Virus record (IMG/VR): IMGVR_UViG_3300022719_000349
Coordinates: 1 to 38,275 of that record
Length of the DNA: 38,275 nt
From: a virus
Lineage: Duplodnaviria > Caudoviricetes
Strand: one strand, 5' to 3'
Shown here: positions 1-7,285 of the stretch, one piece after another
Layout: every line of letters begins with the position of its first letter
Position numbering within the stretch: the first letter of the stretch is position 1
The notes under the pieces: generated by a model
Seen by the model: only the letters and a program-made list of their open reading frames with translations
Told to the model about the DNA's origin: nothing
Databases searched by the model: none
Translations under genes and position numbers: made by a program

Positions 1-8
1 GACGACTG

Positions 9-45
9 AAAAAAAAGGCCCTGCCGCACGGTGCGAAGCAGGGCC
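9..45 (-). terminator. Rho-independent terminator-like hairpin for leftward transcription
   Basis: On the minus strand, stem GGCCCTGC/GCAGGGCC (17-24 with 38-45) is followed by 8 U (A-run at 9-16 on plus). Confidence 0.6.
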
Positions 46-63
46 GGAGCCGAGCGACTTCTA

Positions 64-702
64 GTGACCCAGCCCGCACACAAGCTCACGCCCACCACGG
101 GCGGCCCCAGACGGCCCACAGGGTCGCCGGGGCCGCCCCGGCCCGTACTGACACGAGACGAGGTACGCGCCCTCTGGCGAAGCCTCAGGGCCTCGGGACG
201 AAGGCACGCAGCACGAGACCACGCGCTCGCCGTCGTCACCTACTACGGCGGAATGCGAAGGTCCGAAGCCGTCCTGCTCGCGGTCGGCGGACTGGACGAG
301 GCGGCCGGTACGCTCACCTTCTGGCGACCCAAGGGCAGGGACTGGCACTGCGTCGGCCTGCCTGCCGAGGCCGTGGCCGTCCTGGCACGCTGGATCATGG
401 CCGAGCGTGCACGCCGAACCATGCACGCAGGCTCGCACCTGTTTTTGTCCCAGAAGGGCGGGCCGCTCTCCGGCGGACAGCTCGCCCGGTCGATTCGCAG
501 GGCCTGCCTCGAAGCGGGCATCCCGAGGGTCAAGGCGCACGCACACTGCCTGCGAAGGAGCCGCGCGACCCATCTTCTCGAAGCGAGCGACGGGGATTAC
601 CGGCTGGCGCAGGCCGCGCTCGGGCATCGGTCGGTGGCCACGACAGAGCGATACCTGTCGTCGAACCGGGAAGCCGAACTGATGCGGCGCCTCGGGCTCT
701 AG
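64..702 (+). CDS. Tyrosine recombinase, catalytic-domain only (FimB/FimE/XerC-like)
   Basis: Catalytic motifs GMRRSE (R), RPKG (K), HCLRRS (HxxR), LGH and TTERY (Y). Start uncertain: in-frame GTG at 64 after GGAG, or GTG at 31 inside the hairpin. Confidence 0.9.
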   Translation: MTQPAHKLTPTTGGPRRPTGSPGPPRPVLTRDEVRALWRSLRASGRRHAARDHALAVVTYYGGMRRSEAVLLAVGGLDEAAGTLTFWRPKGRDWHCVGLPAEAVAVLARWIMAERARRTMHAGSHLFLSQKGGPLSGGQLARSIRRACLEAGIPRVKAHAHCLRRSRATHLLEASDGDYRLAQAALGHRSVATTERYLSSNREAELMRRLGL

Positions 703-1151
703 CTCTTCCGGTAACCGTACTCCGCGATCAGCAGGGCATCGGCTACCGCGTGCGTGATCTTCACGCCCGGGAACAACTCCTGAGCGCGCGCCTTGTGCGC
801 GTTCTTCTTCATCGTTCCCGAGCCCGCAGACTTCAGCGTCGGCAGGTTGAAGGGGCGCTGCCAGGTTCCGGGCGCCACGGTGTCGAACGGGATACCGACG
901 GCGATCAACGCCATGCGTAGCGACCCGTAGTTTTGCCCGAACGTGAACGTGGACACGACGCCTTGCTTGGGCATGGACGCTACGCGCTCGATGATCGCGG
1001 TCGGATGACCGGGCGCGTCCAACTCGCGCAGGCTGGCCAACAGGTCGAGGATGTCGCGCTCGGTTGCGGGCATGGGATAGGCGACGGGCTTTTCCCAGCC
1101 GACGGCAGCGATGCCGCCCGACTTGCCGGGGTCGATGCCGATGACGGTCAT
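699..1151 (-). CDS. RuvC-like Holliday junction resolvase
   Basis: N-terminal VIGIDPGKSGGIA, IIERV, STFTFGQNYG, PGTWQ and C-terminal ADALLIAEYG. ATG overlaps the upstream stop (ATGA). Confidence 0.85.
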   Translation of the reverse strand: MTVIGIDPGKSGGIAAVGWEKPVAYPMPATERDILDLLASLRELDAPGHPTAIIERVASMPKQGVVSTFTFGQNYGSLRMALIAVGIPFDTVAPGTWQRPFNLPTLKSAGSGTMKKNAHKARAQELFPGVKITHAVADALLIAEYGYRKS

Positions 1152-1654
1152 CCGCTCAACGCCTCCTCCCAAATCTCGTCGTACCAGTCCTCGGGGTACA
1201 GCCAGCGAGAAAACGTCTCGGGGCAAAACGCCCACGACCCCGCGTCGTACCAGCCCGCATGGTGCCAGCCGCAATACTCGCCCGGCTCAAGCGACATCGC
1301 CACCGCAGGGTCCGGACAAGCGTCCGCGTTCGGCGTCCACGGCAACACGCGCGCAATACCCGGCCGGTCCTCCACCACGAACGCCCACGCCGCCACGTTG
1401 TGCAGCTCCCACGCAGCCATGCGGGCGAACTCTTCGGACGAAACGCTGCGACCGAGGATGCCGTGCAGCTTGCGCCGCGCGATCGGCTCGGCCTTGGGCG
1501 AACGGTACAACGCATCCATGTAGTGCATCTCGCGACCCGCCTGCTCACCGTGACTGACGGTGGCGTGTATGCGGATGTAGGGTGCGCCGTTCTTGTCGAG
1601 GGCGTCCTCGGTGTTGAGGATCACCGGCGTCCAGCCTTGCACGATGATCATCAC
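1148..1654 (-). CDS. Hypothetical protein
   Basis: 168-aa ORF with ATGA coupling at both ends and a GGAGG RBS. Confidence 0.7.
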   Translation of the reverse strand: MMIIVQGWTPVILNTEDALDKNGAPYIRIHATVSHGEQAGREMHYMDALYRSPKAEPIARRKLHGILGRSVSSEEFARMAAWELHNVAAWAFVVEDRPGIARVLPWTPNADACPDPAVAMSLEPGEYCGWHHAGWYDAGSWAFCPETFSRWLYPEDWYDEIWEEALSG

Positions 1655-1884
1655 TCATCCTCCTGCCGTGTATTCCATGACCCTTCGTATTCACGGCGCC
1701 ACTTGAGCGGCGGCGAAATCGGAGCAATCATGTGCCGGGTGATGTAGTCCGCACGCCGCACGTACTCGTCTGCCATGTCGGCGTGTTTGCTCTTTTCCGA
1801 GAGACGCAGAAGCCAGTCGCGCACCCACGTCATGCCCTCGATCTGCCCTTGCGTCCGGGCGTCCAGTGCTCGCTTGTCGCTCAT
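1651..1884 (-). CDS. Hypothetical protein
   Basis: 77-aa ORF with ATGA coupling at both ends. Confidence 0.7.
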   Translation of the reverse strand: MSDKRALDARTQGQIEGMTWVRDWLLRLSEKSKHADMADEYVRRADYITRHMIAPISPPLKWRREYEGSWNTRQEDE

Positions 1885-2111
1885 TTTTGTCTCCCCGCTC
1901 TCATCATTCTAATTTGATCGATCAGGGGAATGGACTCGACCTCGTACACGATCCTTCCCGCCTCGTTGTCGTAAACGTGCGACCACTGCTCCGAATTGTC
2001 AACGTCCTTGGCGATACCCACGGCCTCGTCAAGATCGTCGGTTCTATGGCACAAGTCGTACGCTCCCGGGCTCGGGTAGTAGGCGTACCCCACAAACACC
2101 AGATACCTCAT
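1881..2111 (-). CDS. Hypothetical protein
   Basis: 76-aa ORF, ATGA-coupled, locally lower GC by eye. Confidence 0.7.
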   Translation of the reverse strand: MRYLVFVGYAYYPSPGAYDLCHRTDDLDEAVGIAKDVDNSEQWSHVYDNEAGRIVYEVESIPLIDQIRMMRAGRQK

Positions 2112-2701
2112 GCCAACTCCCTCTTGCGCTTCGCCATCCGGTCCTTGAGCGCAGCCTTGGCTTGTGCGGGCATCTGCTGGAACAGGTCGCGCAGCTCGTC
2201 CACGCTGGAAGCGCCGTCAATCGCCGTCTCCCAGTCGTCGTACTGCGGCACCTGAGCATCCATTTGTGTCAACACGCGCTCGGGCTCGCGACGCGGCGGC
2301 GGCGTGCTCGCCGCGTGGCCGTCGTCGTCATCGCTCGGAGCAAGACCCAGCGCAGCCAGCAGCGAGTAGCGGCGCGCATAGGTAATGCACGAGCCAGCAC
2401 CCTGAGCATCGTCCTTGCGGTCCTTGAGGTACACCGCATCGCCCTCGATCCACTGACCGGACGAATGCAGGATCATGGTCCGGCACCCCGTACGCCCGTC
2501 CGACTCCCGCGTCTCGGTACTCTGGAACTGCGCCAGCCCGTTCGCCGCCATCTCCTTGCGGATGTGGATAAGCAGCGCATCGAGGCTGGTGTAGCGGTTT
2601 CGGTAGTGCGGGTTGGTGGCGTCCTTGCCGGGGTTGCCGACGCCTGCCTGGAATTTCACCAGTGCGGGCGCGATCTTGTCGAGGCTTTCACTGTGCCTCA
2701 T
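2108..2701 (-). CDS. erf: ERF-family single-strand annealing protein
   Basis: KDATNPHYRNRYTSLD, ILHSSGQWI and the ERF signature GAGSCITYARRYSLLAALGLAPSDDDDG. Start MRHSES at 2701 after AAAGGA. Confidence 0.9.
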   Translation of the reverse strand: MRHSESLDKIAPALVKFQAGVGNPGKDATNPHYRNRYTSLDALLIHIRKEMAANGLAQFQSTETRESDGRTGCRTMILHSSGQWIEGDAVYLKDRKDDAQGAGSCITYARRYSLLAALGLAPSDDDDGHAASTPPPRREPERVLTQMDAQVPQYDDWETAIDGASSVDELRDLFQQMPAQAKAALKDRMAKRKRELA

Positions 2702-3105
2702 GTTCGTTTGTCCTTTCTGTTCGAGTAGTCGCGCATCGCTTCGACGACGCGCTCGGTGTGGTCGTTCGCCGTGTCGGTGCCCCCGAACCTGTCCTGAATC
2801 CAACGACGGATCGAGTCCGACGCCTTGGCCCGCTCGTCCGGCTCGGGCTCGGGATGACGGACATACGTTCCCGTCGGAGCCACCGCAGCACGGACCGACT
2901 CGGCTATCTCAAGAGGCACGGGACGGATGCGACCCCGATACGTCTGCGCCGCCAGCAACTCGATTGCATCGCGAACCTTTGCAAACTCCAGCGACCCGAC
3001 CGCCTCCCACAGGCGAGCGACGTAGGCCGACTGGGCCAAGGACTCCGAGAAGGGCCAGCGCTCAACGACGATGGCCGTGATCGTGGCGAATTCCTGCTTC
3101 GTCAT
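2698..3105 (-). CDS. Hypothetical protein, possible replicative helicase loader/inhibitor
   Basis: 135-aa ORF directly downstream of the replication initiator. The MTKQEFATI..W..LW..V..L pattern resembles G39P-type loaders; the call is mostly positional. Confidence 0.45.
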   Translation of the reverse strand: MTKQEFATITAIVVERWPFSESLAQSAYVARLWEAVGSLEFAKVRDAIELLAAQTYRGRIRPVPLEIAESVRAAVAPTGTYVRHPEPEPDERAKASDSIRRWIQDRFGGTDTANDHTERVVEAMRDYSNRKDKRT

Positions 3106-4175
3106 CCGCTCTCTCCGTGATCGGGCAAGGCGTCTATGATCCGTTGAAGCTCGTCGGATTTCCGCTGCTTCGAGCAGTGCGGGGGCCTGCCGCGCTCGTC
3201 CCAGGTCTCGGCCTCGGTGAGGTAGTCCTTGACGTGGCTGGCCCGCAGAAAGGTCGGGAGCCCGTACGGCTCGCCGCTGTCCTTCGTCAGGCCCCGATCC
3301 ACAAACCAGCGGATGGCCAGCGTGATCTTGGGCCAGCGCCAGTCACCCCCCGACCGACCAACCGCCTTGAGCCAGCGCCGGATGCCGTCGGCGTGCCGTG
3401 TCGGGCTCGGGTTGATGGGTCGGATGTCGGTCCCGGTGACCAGACCCCGCCACAAGGACACGAACCGATCCATGTCCGCCCGCGTAACTGCCCCATTTCG
3501 TGCCTTCGATTCTGAGGGCCCTGACGCTCGCTGTACGGGCTTTTCGTTTCGCCCCCCCTCGGGAGGGGTGGAAGGCCCGACGTGCTCGCCTGCGGAGCGT
3601 GAGGCCGCTTCTCGCGGCTGCTTGGGCTGTTCGGCAGATACACGGTCGGTTCCGGCGATGAAATCGGCGGAAACCGACGAGGAGTCATCGCTAGATGACT
3701 CCGATATCTCATCTGTGGACTCGGGTGCGGGCTCGGGGTCGTGGGGTTCGGGTATCGGGACACGGGTCTCGGGGCGACTGTTTTGCCGAGCGTTTGCCGC
3801 GGCATTTGCCGGAGCACTTGCCGCGTCGTTTGCCGCGGCACTTGCCGCAGACCTCGCCCGGTTCGTTTTCTCCGCACCACGCTGTCCGGCCTCGGATCGG
3901 ACTTTTCGGAGGTGCAAAACGGTCTTCTTGCTGGGGTTCATGTCGAGGTAGTCGTGGACCCAGACGCTGCCGTCCTCGCCACGGTCCCAGACACCGGCGT
4001 CAAGAAGCTCTTGGCAGGCCGCTTGAGACTCGGCCAGCCGCTTCGGAATCAGGCCGTCCGTCAGCCTGCGAGCGCAGTAGCACAAGAACTCAACGTGGGT
4101 CCGAAAGGCGTCGTCGCTCAGGCCAGCGACTTTGGGGTGCTCGGGGAACCCGTCATCCAGTTTCACCCAGACCAC
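3102..4175 (-). CDS. Phage replication initiator / replisome organizer
   Basis: N-terminal WVKLDDGFPEHPKV...LCYC...TDG, WVHDYLDMNPS and SEAGQRG are typical of phage initiators. Low-complexity linker contains DNA repeats. GTG start after GGAGGAGG. Confidence 0.75.
   Translation of the reverse strand: MVWVKLDDGFPEHPKVAGLSDDAFRTHVEFLCYCARRLTDGLIPKRLAESQAACQELLDAGVWDRGEDGSVWVHDYLDMNPSKKTVLHLRKVRSEAGQRGAEKTNRARSAASAAANDAASAPANAAANARQNSRPETRVPIPEPHDPEPAPESTDEISESSSDDSSSVSADFIAGTDRVSAEQPKQPREAASRSAGEHVGPSTPPEGGRNEKPVQRASGPSESKARNGAVTRADMDRFVSLWRGLVTGTDIRPINPSPTRHADGIRRWLKAVGRSGGDWRWPKITLAIRWFVDRGLTKDSGEPYGLPTFLRASHVKDYLTEAETWDERGRPPHCSKQRKSDELQRIIDALPDHGESG
3783..3847. repeat. Iteron-like tandem repeats, putative replication origin
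   Basis: TTGCCG at 3783, 3794, 3806, 3818, 3830 and 3842 (spacing 11,12,12,12,12) inside the initiator gene. Confidence 0.6.
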
Positions 4176-4180
4176 GGTCG

Positions 4181-4294
4181 CCTCCTCCTGGAACCCGACC
4201 CCGAGAAGAACGGGAAGGCGTGCAACCCCTCGTCCGCAGTAGCGCCGGGGTCGGGTTCCAGAAGGGGGGCCACTGCCGGTAGAGGTTGCACGCC
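4181..4294 (-). ncRNA. Structured leader / antisense-loop RNA, copy A
   Basis: Stem 4281-4294 pairs with 4217-4230 plus an inner GCAGUGGC/GCUACUGC helix. Loop segment 4246-4261 is perfectly complementary to 4188-4203, next to the initiator RBS. G-U wobbles favour the minus strand. Confidence 0.7.
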
Positions 4295-4298
4295 CCCT

Positions 4299-4327
4299 AT
4301 TGTACACGGAGCACGGACAGAAGTCAT
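4299..4327 (-). promoter_or_regulatory. Sigma70-like promoter, copy A
   Basis: ATGACT-17 bp-TACAAT; near-identical to the element at 4676-4704. Confidence 0.6.
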
Positions 4328-4346
4328 CCACCACGCAGCGCGGAAC

Positions 4347-4547
4347 TCAGCCATCCCCGTCCTCGCGCCACTCGTAGATCTGCCCGCATCGCAAGCAGGC
4401 CGCGAAGTCCGCCCAGTGCATGACGAAGCCAAGGCAATCGTCTACATCGCAAGGGAATCCGCCTGATTCGAATTCGGACTCGGACCACAACCGCCGGAGC
4501 AGCTTCGCAGGCGTCAGACGATCTTCGCGGTGCCAGCTTTTAGCCAT
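4347..4547 (-). CDS. Small Cys-rich (Zn-ribbon-like) hypothetical protein
   Basis: 66 aa starting MAKSWHRED, with CDVDDC and CLRCG motifs and a GGGAGGG RBS. Confidence 0.65.
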   Translation of the reverse strand: MAKSWHREDRLTPAKLLRRLWSESEFESGGFPCDVDDCLGFVMHWADFAACLRCGQIYEWREDGDG

Positions 4548-4553
4548 GGCGCA

Positions 4554-4672
4554 CCCTCCCTGAAAGCCGCGGCCCCGTGAGTACAAGGGGGATCGTGACA
4601 GCCTCCAAGCACATCAGGGCCGGGGCCGGGCTCTCAGGAAGGGGGCTCCTGATGCGAGAGACTGTCACGCCC
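4554..4672 (-). ncRNA. Structured leader / antisense-loop RNA, copy B
   Basis: Stem CGUGACAGUCUC/GAGGCUGUCACG (4658-4669 with 4594-4605) plus an inner CAUCAGG/CCUGAUG helix. Loop 4621-4643 is complementary to 4554-4577, which covers the RBS of the gene starting at 4547. Confidence 0.7.
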
Positions 4673-4675
4673 CCC

Positions 4676-4704
4676 ATGGTACACGGCGCACAGACAGGAA
4701 TCAT
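4676..4704 (-). promoter_or_regulatory. Sigma70-like promoter, copy B
   Basis: ATGATT-17 bp-TACCAT; spacer highly similar to copy A. Confidence 0.6.
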
Positions 4705-4970
4705 GCCGCGCCCGAGTCCTTCCGCGAGATCGTGGAGCGGGCCGCCTCCCACTTCGCCAAGTCCTCCGCAGCACTGTGACGCTCGCCGGTGTCGGGGTCG
4801 ATCACGTCGTGCCGAAGCACCCCGTGGTGGTCGAACGCGCCCTCGCGCGTCAGTCGTTCCAGCCACGCGATGCGCGAGGATCGTCGGTCCTCCGTCTCTC
4901 GTGATCGTCCGTGCGACTCGCGCGCCGGGTACGAGCCCGCGACGATGATCTCGCCCCGGAAGTATCTCAT
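4701..4970 (-). CDS. Hypothetical protein
   Basis: 89-aa ORF, ATGA-coupled to the RNA ligase stop. Confidence 0.55.
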   Translation of the reverse strand: MRYFRGEIIVAGSYPARESHGRSRETEDRRSSRIAWLERLTREGAFDHHGVLRHDVIDPDTGERHSAAEDLAKWEAARSTISRKDSGAA

Positions 4971-5614
4971 GAGCGAAAATCCCGAATCTTCAGTTTTGCG
5001 ATCACTCGTTCTCCGTGCTGGTCTCGCAACTCAACGGACGGCCTCAAGACCACGCCTTCGGCTTGCCTCTGTGCCCCCGGGAGGCCCGAGGGAAAGCCGT
5101 CCGCACATAGCACCGCGGCCCCGGCAAGCGTCATGCGCCCGAGCGGAGGCGCGTGCGGTACACCCAAGGCATCCGCAATCGCATATACCTTTTCCCGATG
5201 CATCCATCGTCCGCGTTGCAGAACGTCGAACAGGCAAAAGCCAACGCCGTCCTCCTTGTAGCCGCCGCCGCCCTTCTGGATTCTCGCGCCGTATCCCTCG
5301 CCATAAAGGACGCATTCGCCCATCTCGATGCCCGGCACGGACGAGAGCGTGGCGGGGTCCAGACGTTCGCGCAGCATGTCGAGCAGGAACGGCGGAAGCT
5401 GCGCGTTGTCGGTCCGCCCCCGAAACTCGACTGCCGGCCCCGAGGCGGTAGGCCACGGCATCACGCGGACGTTGGTGCCATCGATCTTCTCCTCGGCAAT
5501 CCACCGGAGCCCTCTCAGCGCCCAGAACTCCGGTCGCGCATACTCGTCTAAAAACGTCTTGTGGTTCGTTGTGGGATCACGCATCCACACGCTCTGAATC
5601 TTCGGGTACTTCAC
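4967..5614 (-). CDS. RNA ligase family nucleotidyltransferase, paralog 1
   Basis: Motifs I EKIDG, III LYGEGYG, IIIa FCLFDV, IV EGVV and V AKLK. GTG start after GGAGGAGG, overlapping the upstream stop. Confidence 0.85.
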   Translation of the reverse strand: MKYPKIQSVWMRDPTTNHKTFLDEYARPEFWALRGLRWIAEEKIDGTNVRVMPWPTASGPAVEFRGRTDNAQLPPFLLDMLRERLDPATLSSVPGIEMGECVLYGEGYGARIQKGGGGYKEDGVGFCLFDVLQRGRWMHREKVYAIADALGVPHAPPLGRMTLAGAAVLCADGFPSGLPGAQRQAEGVVLRPSVELRDQHGERVIAKLKIRDFRS

Positions 5615-5892
5615 TGGTCCTCCTCCATCGCCTTGAGGGCGGCGCGGCCCGCGGGGGTCAATGTGACGCGGGCAGGGAGGCGGCAGCGCGATGCTCTGCG
5701 GCGACGGCCCCAAGTAACAAGGCCCCGCCCCCGCAGGGCGAGCATGGTGGACCTCCGCACGGCGTCCCCCTTCCTTGTGCTCCAGCGGAACCCGCCCGTG
5801 TCGGTCGGGCTCCTGTACCGATAGTGCTTGAGCGCATTCCCGAGCCCTAGGAGCGTCAAGACGTGTTCTTGCGTTTCACTCAGGCGCATCAT
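5611..5892 (-). CDS. Hypothetical basic protein, possibly winged-helix-like
   Basis: 93 aa; ALRGRGLV...TLTPAGRAAL pattern; GGAGG RBS. Confidence 0.6.
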   Translation of the reverse strand: MMRLSETQEHVLTLLGLGNALKHYRYRSPTDTGGFRWSTRKGDAVRRSTMLALRGRGLVTWGRRRRASRCRLPARVTLTPAGRAALKAMEEDQ

Positions 5893-6169
5893 CGTCCTCC
5901 ATCGCCTTGAGGGCGTTGCGGGCGATCCTGCCCGCCTCGCGCAAAGCCTCGGCGTCGGCTTGGCGGTCCGTCCGGACGTCTTCGTCCGGAACTAGGCCCG
6001 CCCGTTCGGCCACGCGGTCAACTTCCATCGCCGCCTTGATGGCGTTCCAGGCTGCGGAGGCGTCTTCCGCCTGCCTCGTCGCCGCTTCCCACGCGAGCCT
6101 CATGTCAGCGGCGCGGATTGCTTCGACGCCGCCCGGGAACTCGTCTTGGATCCATTCGTCAAAGCTCAT
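5876..6169 (-). CDS. Hypothetical protein
   Basis: Starts MSFDEW after a GGGAG RBS and overlaps its neighbours. Confidence 0.65.
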   Translation of the reverse strand: MSFDEWIQDEFPGGVEAIRAADMRLAWEAATRQAEDASAAWNAIKAAMEVDRVAERAGLVPDEDVRTDRQADAEALREAGRIARNALKAMEDDDAPE

Positions 6170-6470
6170 CGAGTCTCCCTTCCGCCTTCGCCGCGCGGTA
6201 ATGGCTGGCGATAGTCTCGGTGATGTCTCTCCAATGACACTCACGGCAATCAGCCCAAACCCTGTCCGCTGCCTCTTCGATCCACGCCGGAACGGGATCG
6301 GGGATTTCGACCTCGCGGACCTCGCGCGTGAGGATGGGCCAATATCTACTCCGACTTCCCGAGTAGTCGATATTGGCTATTTGAGGCTCCCCGTTCAAAA
6401 GGAACCACTCCCCCGCCTTCGGCGGCCGGACCTCGTTGGTCTCCGTGAACACGTACTGCTTGACGATCAT
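6159..6470 (-). CDS. Hypothetical protein
   Basis: Starts MIVKQYVFTETNEVRPPKAGEWFL after an AAGGAG RBS. Confidence 0.7.
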   Translation of the reverse strand: MIVKQYVFTETNEVRPPKAGEWFLLNGEPQIANIDYSGSRSRYWPILTREVREVEIPDPVPAWIEEAADRVWADCRECHWRDITETIASHYRAAKAEGRLDEL

Positions 6471-6678
6471 CGAGTCTCCTTCGTCGGTAAAGCGGCCGAG
6501 CCCGGCGCCGCCTGAGGCGACGACGCACGGACCCGACCAGCGGTGAGGCAAAGAGCGGCGGGGCGGTGTTTCATGGGATCGGCGGTGTGAAGGGCTACCG
6601 CCCGGGGGAGTTTCCTCGACCCCGTATTCGATCTGTCCCGGGTTCTCCCCGGGCACCATGCCGCCCGCGCCGCGTGTG

Positions 6679-6957
6679 TCATTCGTTGTTGCTCGTACGA
6701 CGGCATAGCGGCGTGCCTGCCTGCGTCTGCAGCGTCCACGTCTTCGCGTCGAGCAGGTCGCGGATGGCTGAGAGCTTGCGGTACGCCTCGCGTGCTCGCT
6801 GCGCATGTTCTGCTGCGATCTCGGCGTGCGCGTTGGCGACAACTCGTTCCTGTTCGATGTTGTCCGTGTGGATTTTTGCATCACGTACACAAGCCCACAG
6901 GAGGACGCCGCAGGTGACGCTGAGAATCGCGATGATGGCAATGGCGGCGGCGCTCAC
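6679..6957 (-). CDS. Small membrane-anchored hypothetical protein
   Basis: GTG start after AAGGAG; hydrophobic N-terminus AAAIAIIAILSVTCGVLLW followed by a helical segment. Confidence 0.65.
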   Translation of the reverse strand: MSAAAIAIIAILSVTCGVLLWACVRDAKIHTDNIEQERVVANAHAEIAAEHAQRAREAYRKLSAIRDLLDAKTWTLQTQAGTPLCRRTSNNE

Positions 6958-6989
6958 TGGTCGTCTCCTTCGGGGTACTGTCCCACGTC

Positions 6990-7199
6990 CTACTCCTCCC
7001 CGACCGCGTATCCCACGGTCACATTGAGCACGGCGCAGACGCGCTGTAGAGTGCCCATGTTCGGGGTACGTTCGTCGGCCTCGATCGCCCATAGTGTGCG
7101 CTCGGTGAGGTCTGCCTCGTGCGCGACGGCGCGCAGGGTCAGTCCTGCTTCTTCGCGCGCCGCGCGGATACGCTCCCCGAGTGTTTGTGTCTTTGCCAT
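6990..7199 (-). CDS. XRE/Cro-type helix-turn-helix regulator
   Basis: LGERIRAAREEAGLTLRAVA...TLWAIEADERTPNMGTLQRVCAVL is an HTH_3 pattern; 69 aa, first gene of the leftward operon. Confidence 0.9.
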   Translation of the reverse strand: MAKTQTLGERIRAAREEAGLTLRAVAHEADLTERTLWAIEADERTPNMGTLQRVCAVLNVTVGYAVGEE

Positions 7200-7209
7200 G
7201 TTTGGGGTG

Positions 7210-7238
7210 ATGGTAGCGGCCGGATCGCCGCCTGTCTA
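7210..7238 (-). promoter_or_regulatory. Leftward sigma70-like promoter
   Basis: TAGACA-17 bp-TACCAT with an upstream A-tract; -10 lies 10 nt before the HTH ATG with no RBS. Confidence 0.7.
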
Positions 7239-7248
7239 CTTTTTTTTC

Positions 7249-7278
7249 TTGACGCCCCCGTCTAGACGGGTGTAGGGT
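7249..7278 (+). promoter_or_regulatory. Rightward sigma70-like promoter with palindromic operator
   Basis: TTGACG-18 bp-TAGGGT; perfect 14-bp palindrome CCCGTCTAGACGGG (7257-7270) in the spacer. Confidence 0.65.
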
Positions 7279-7285
7279 GCGGGGC

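Noticed and set aside
4540-4704. 54-codon minus-strand ORF MIPVCAPC..., ATGA-coupled to the upstream gene
   Set aside because: It coincides with promoter and hairpin copy B, which explain the sequence better. A leader-peptide role is not excluded but is unsupported.
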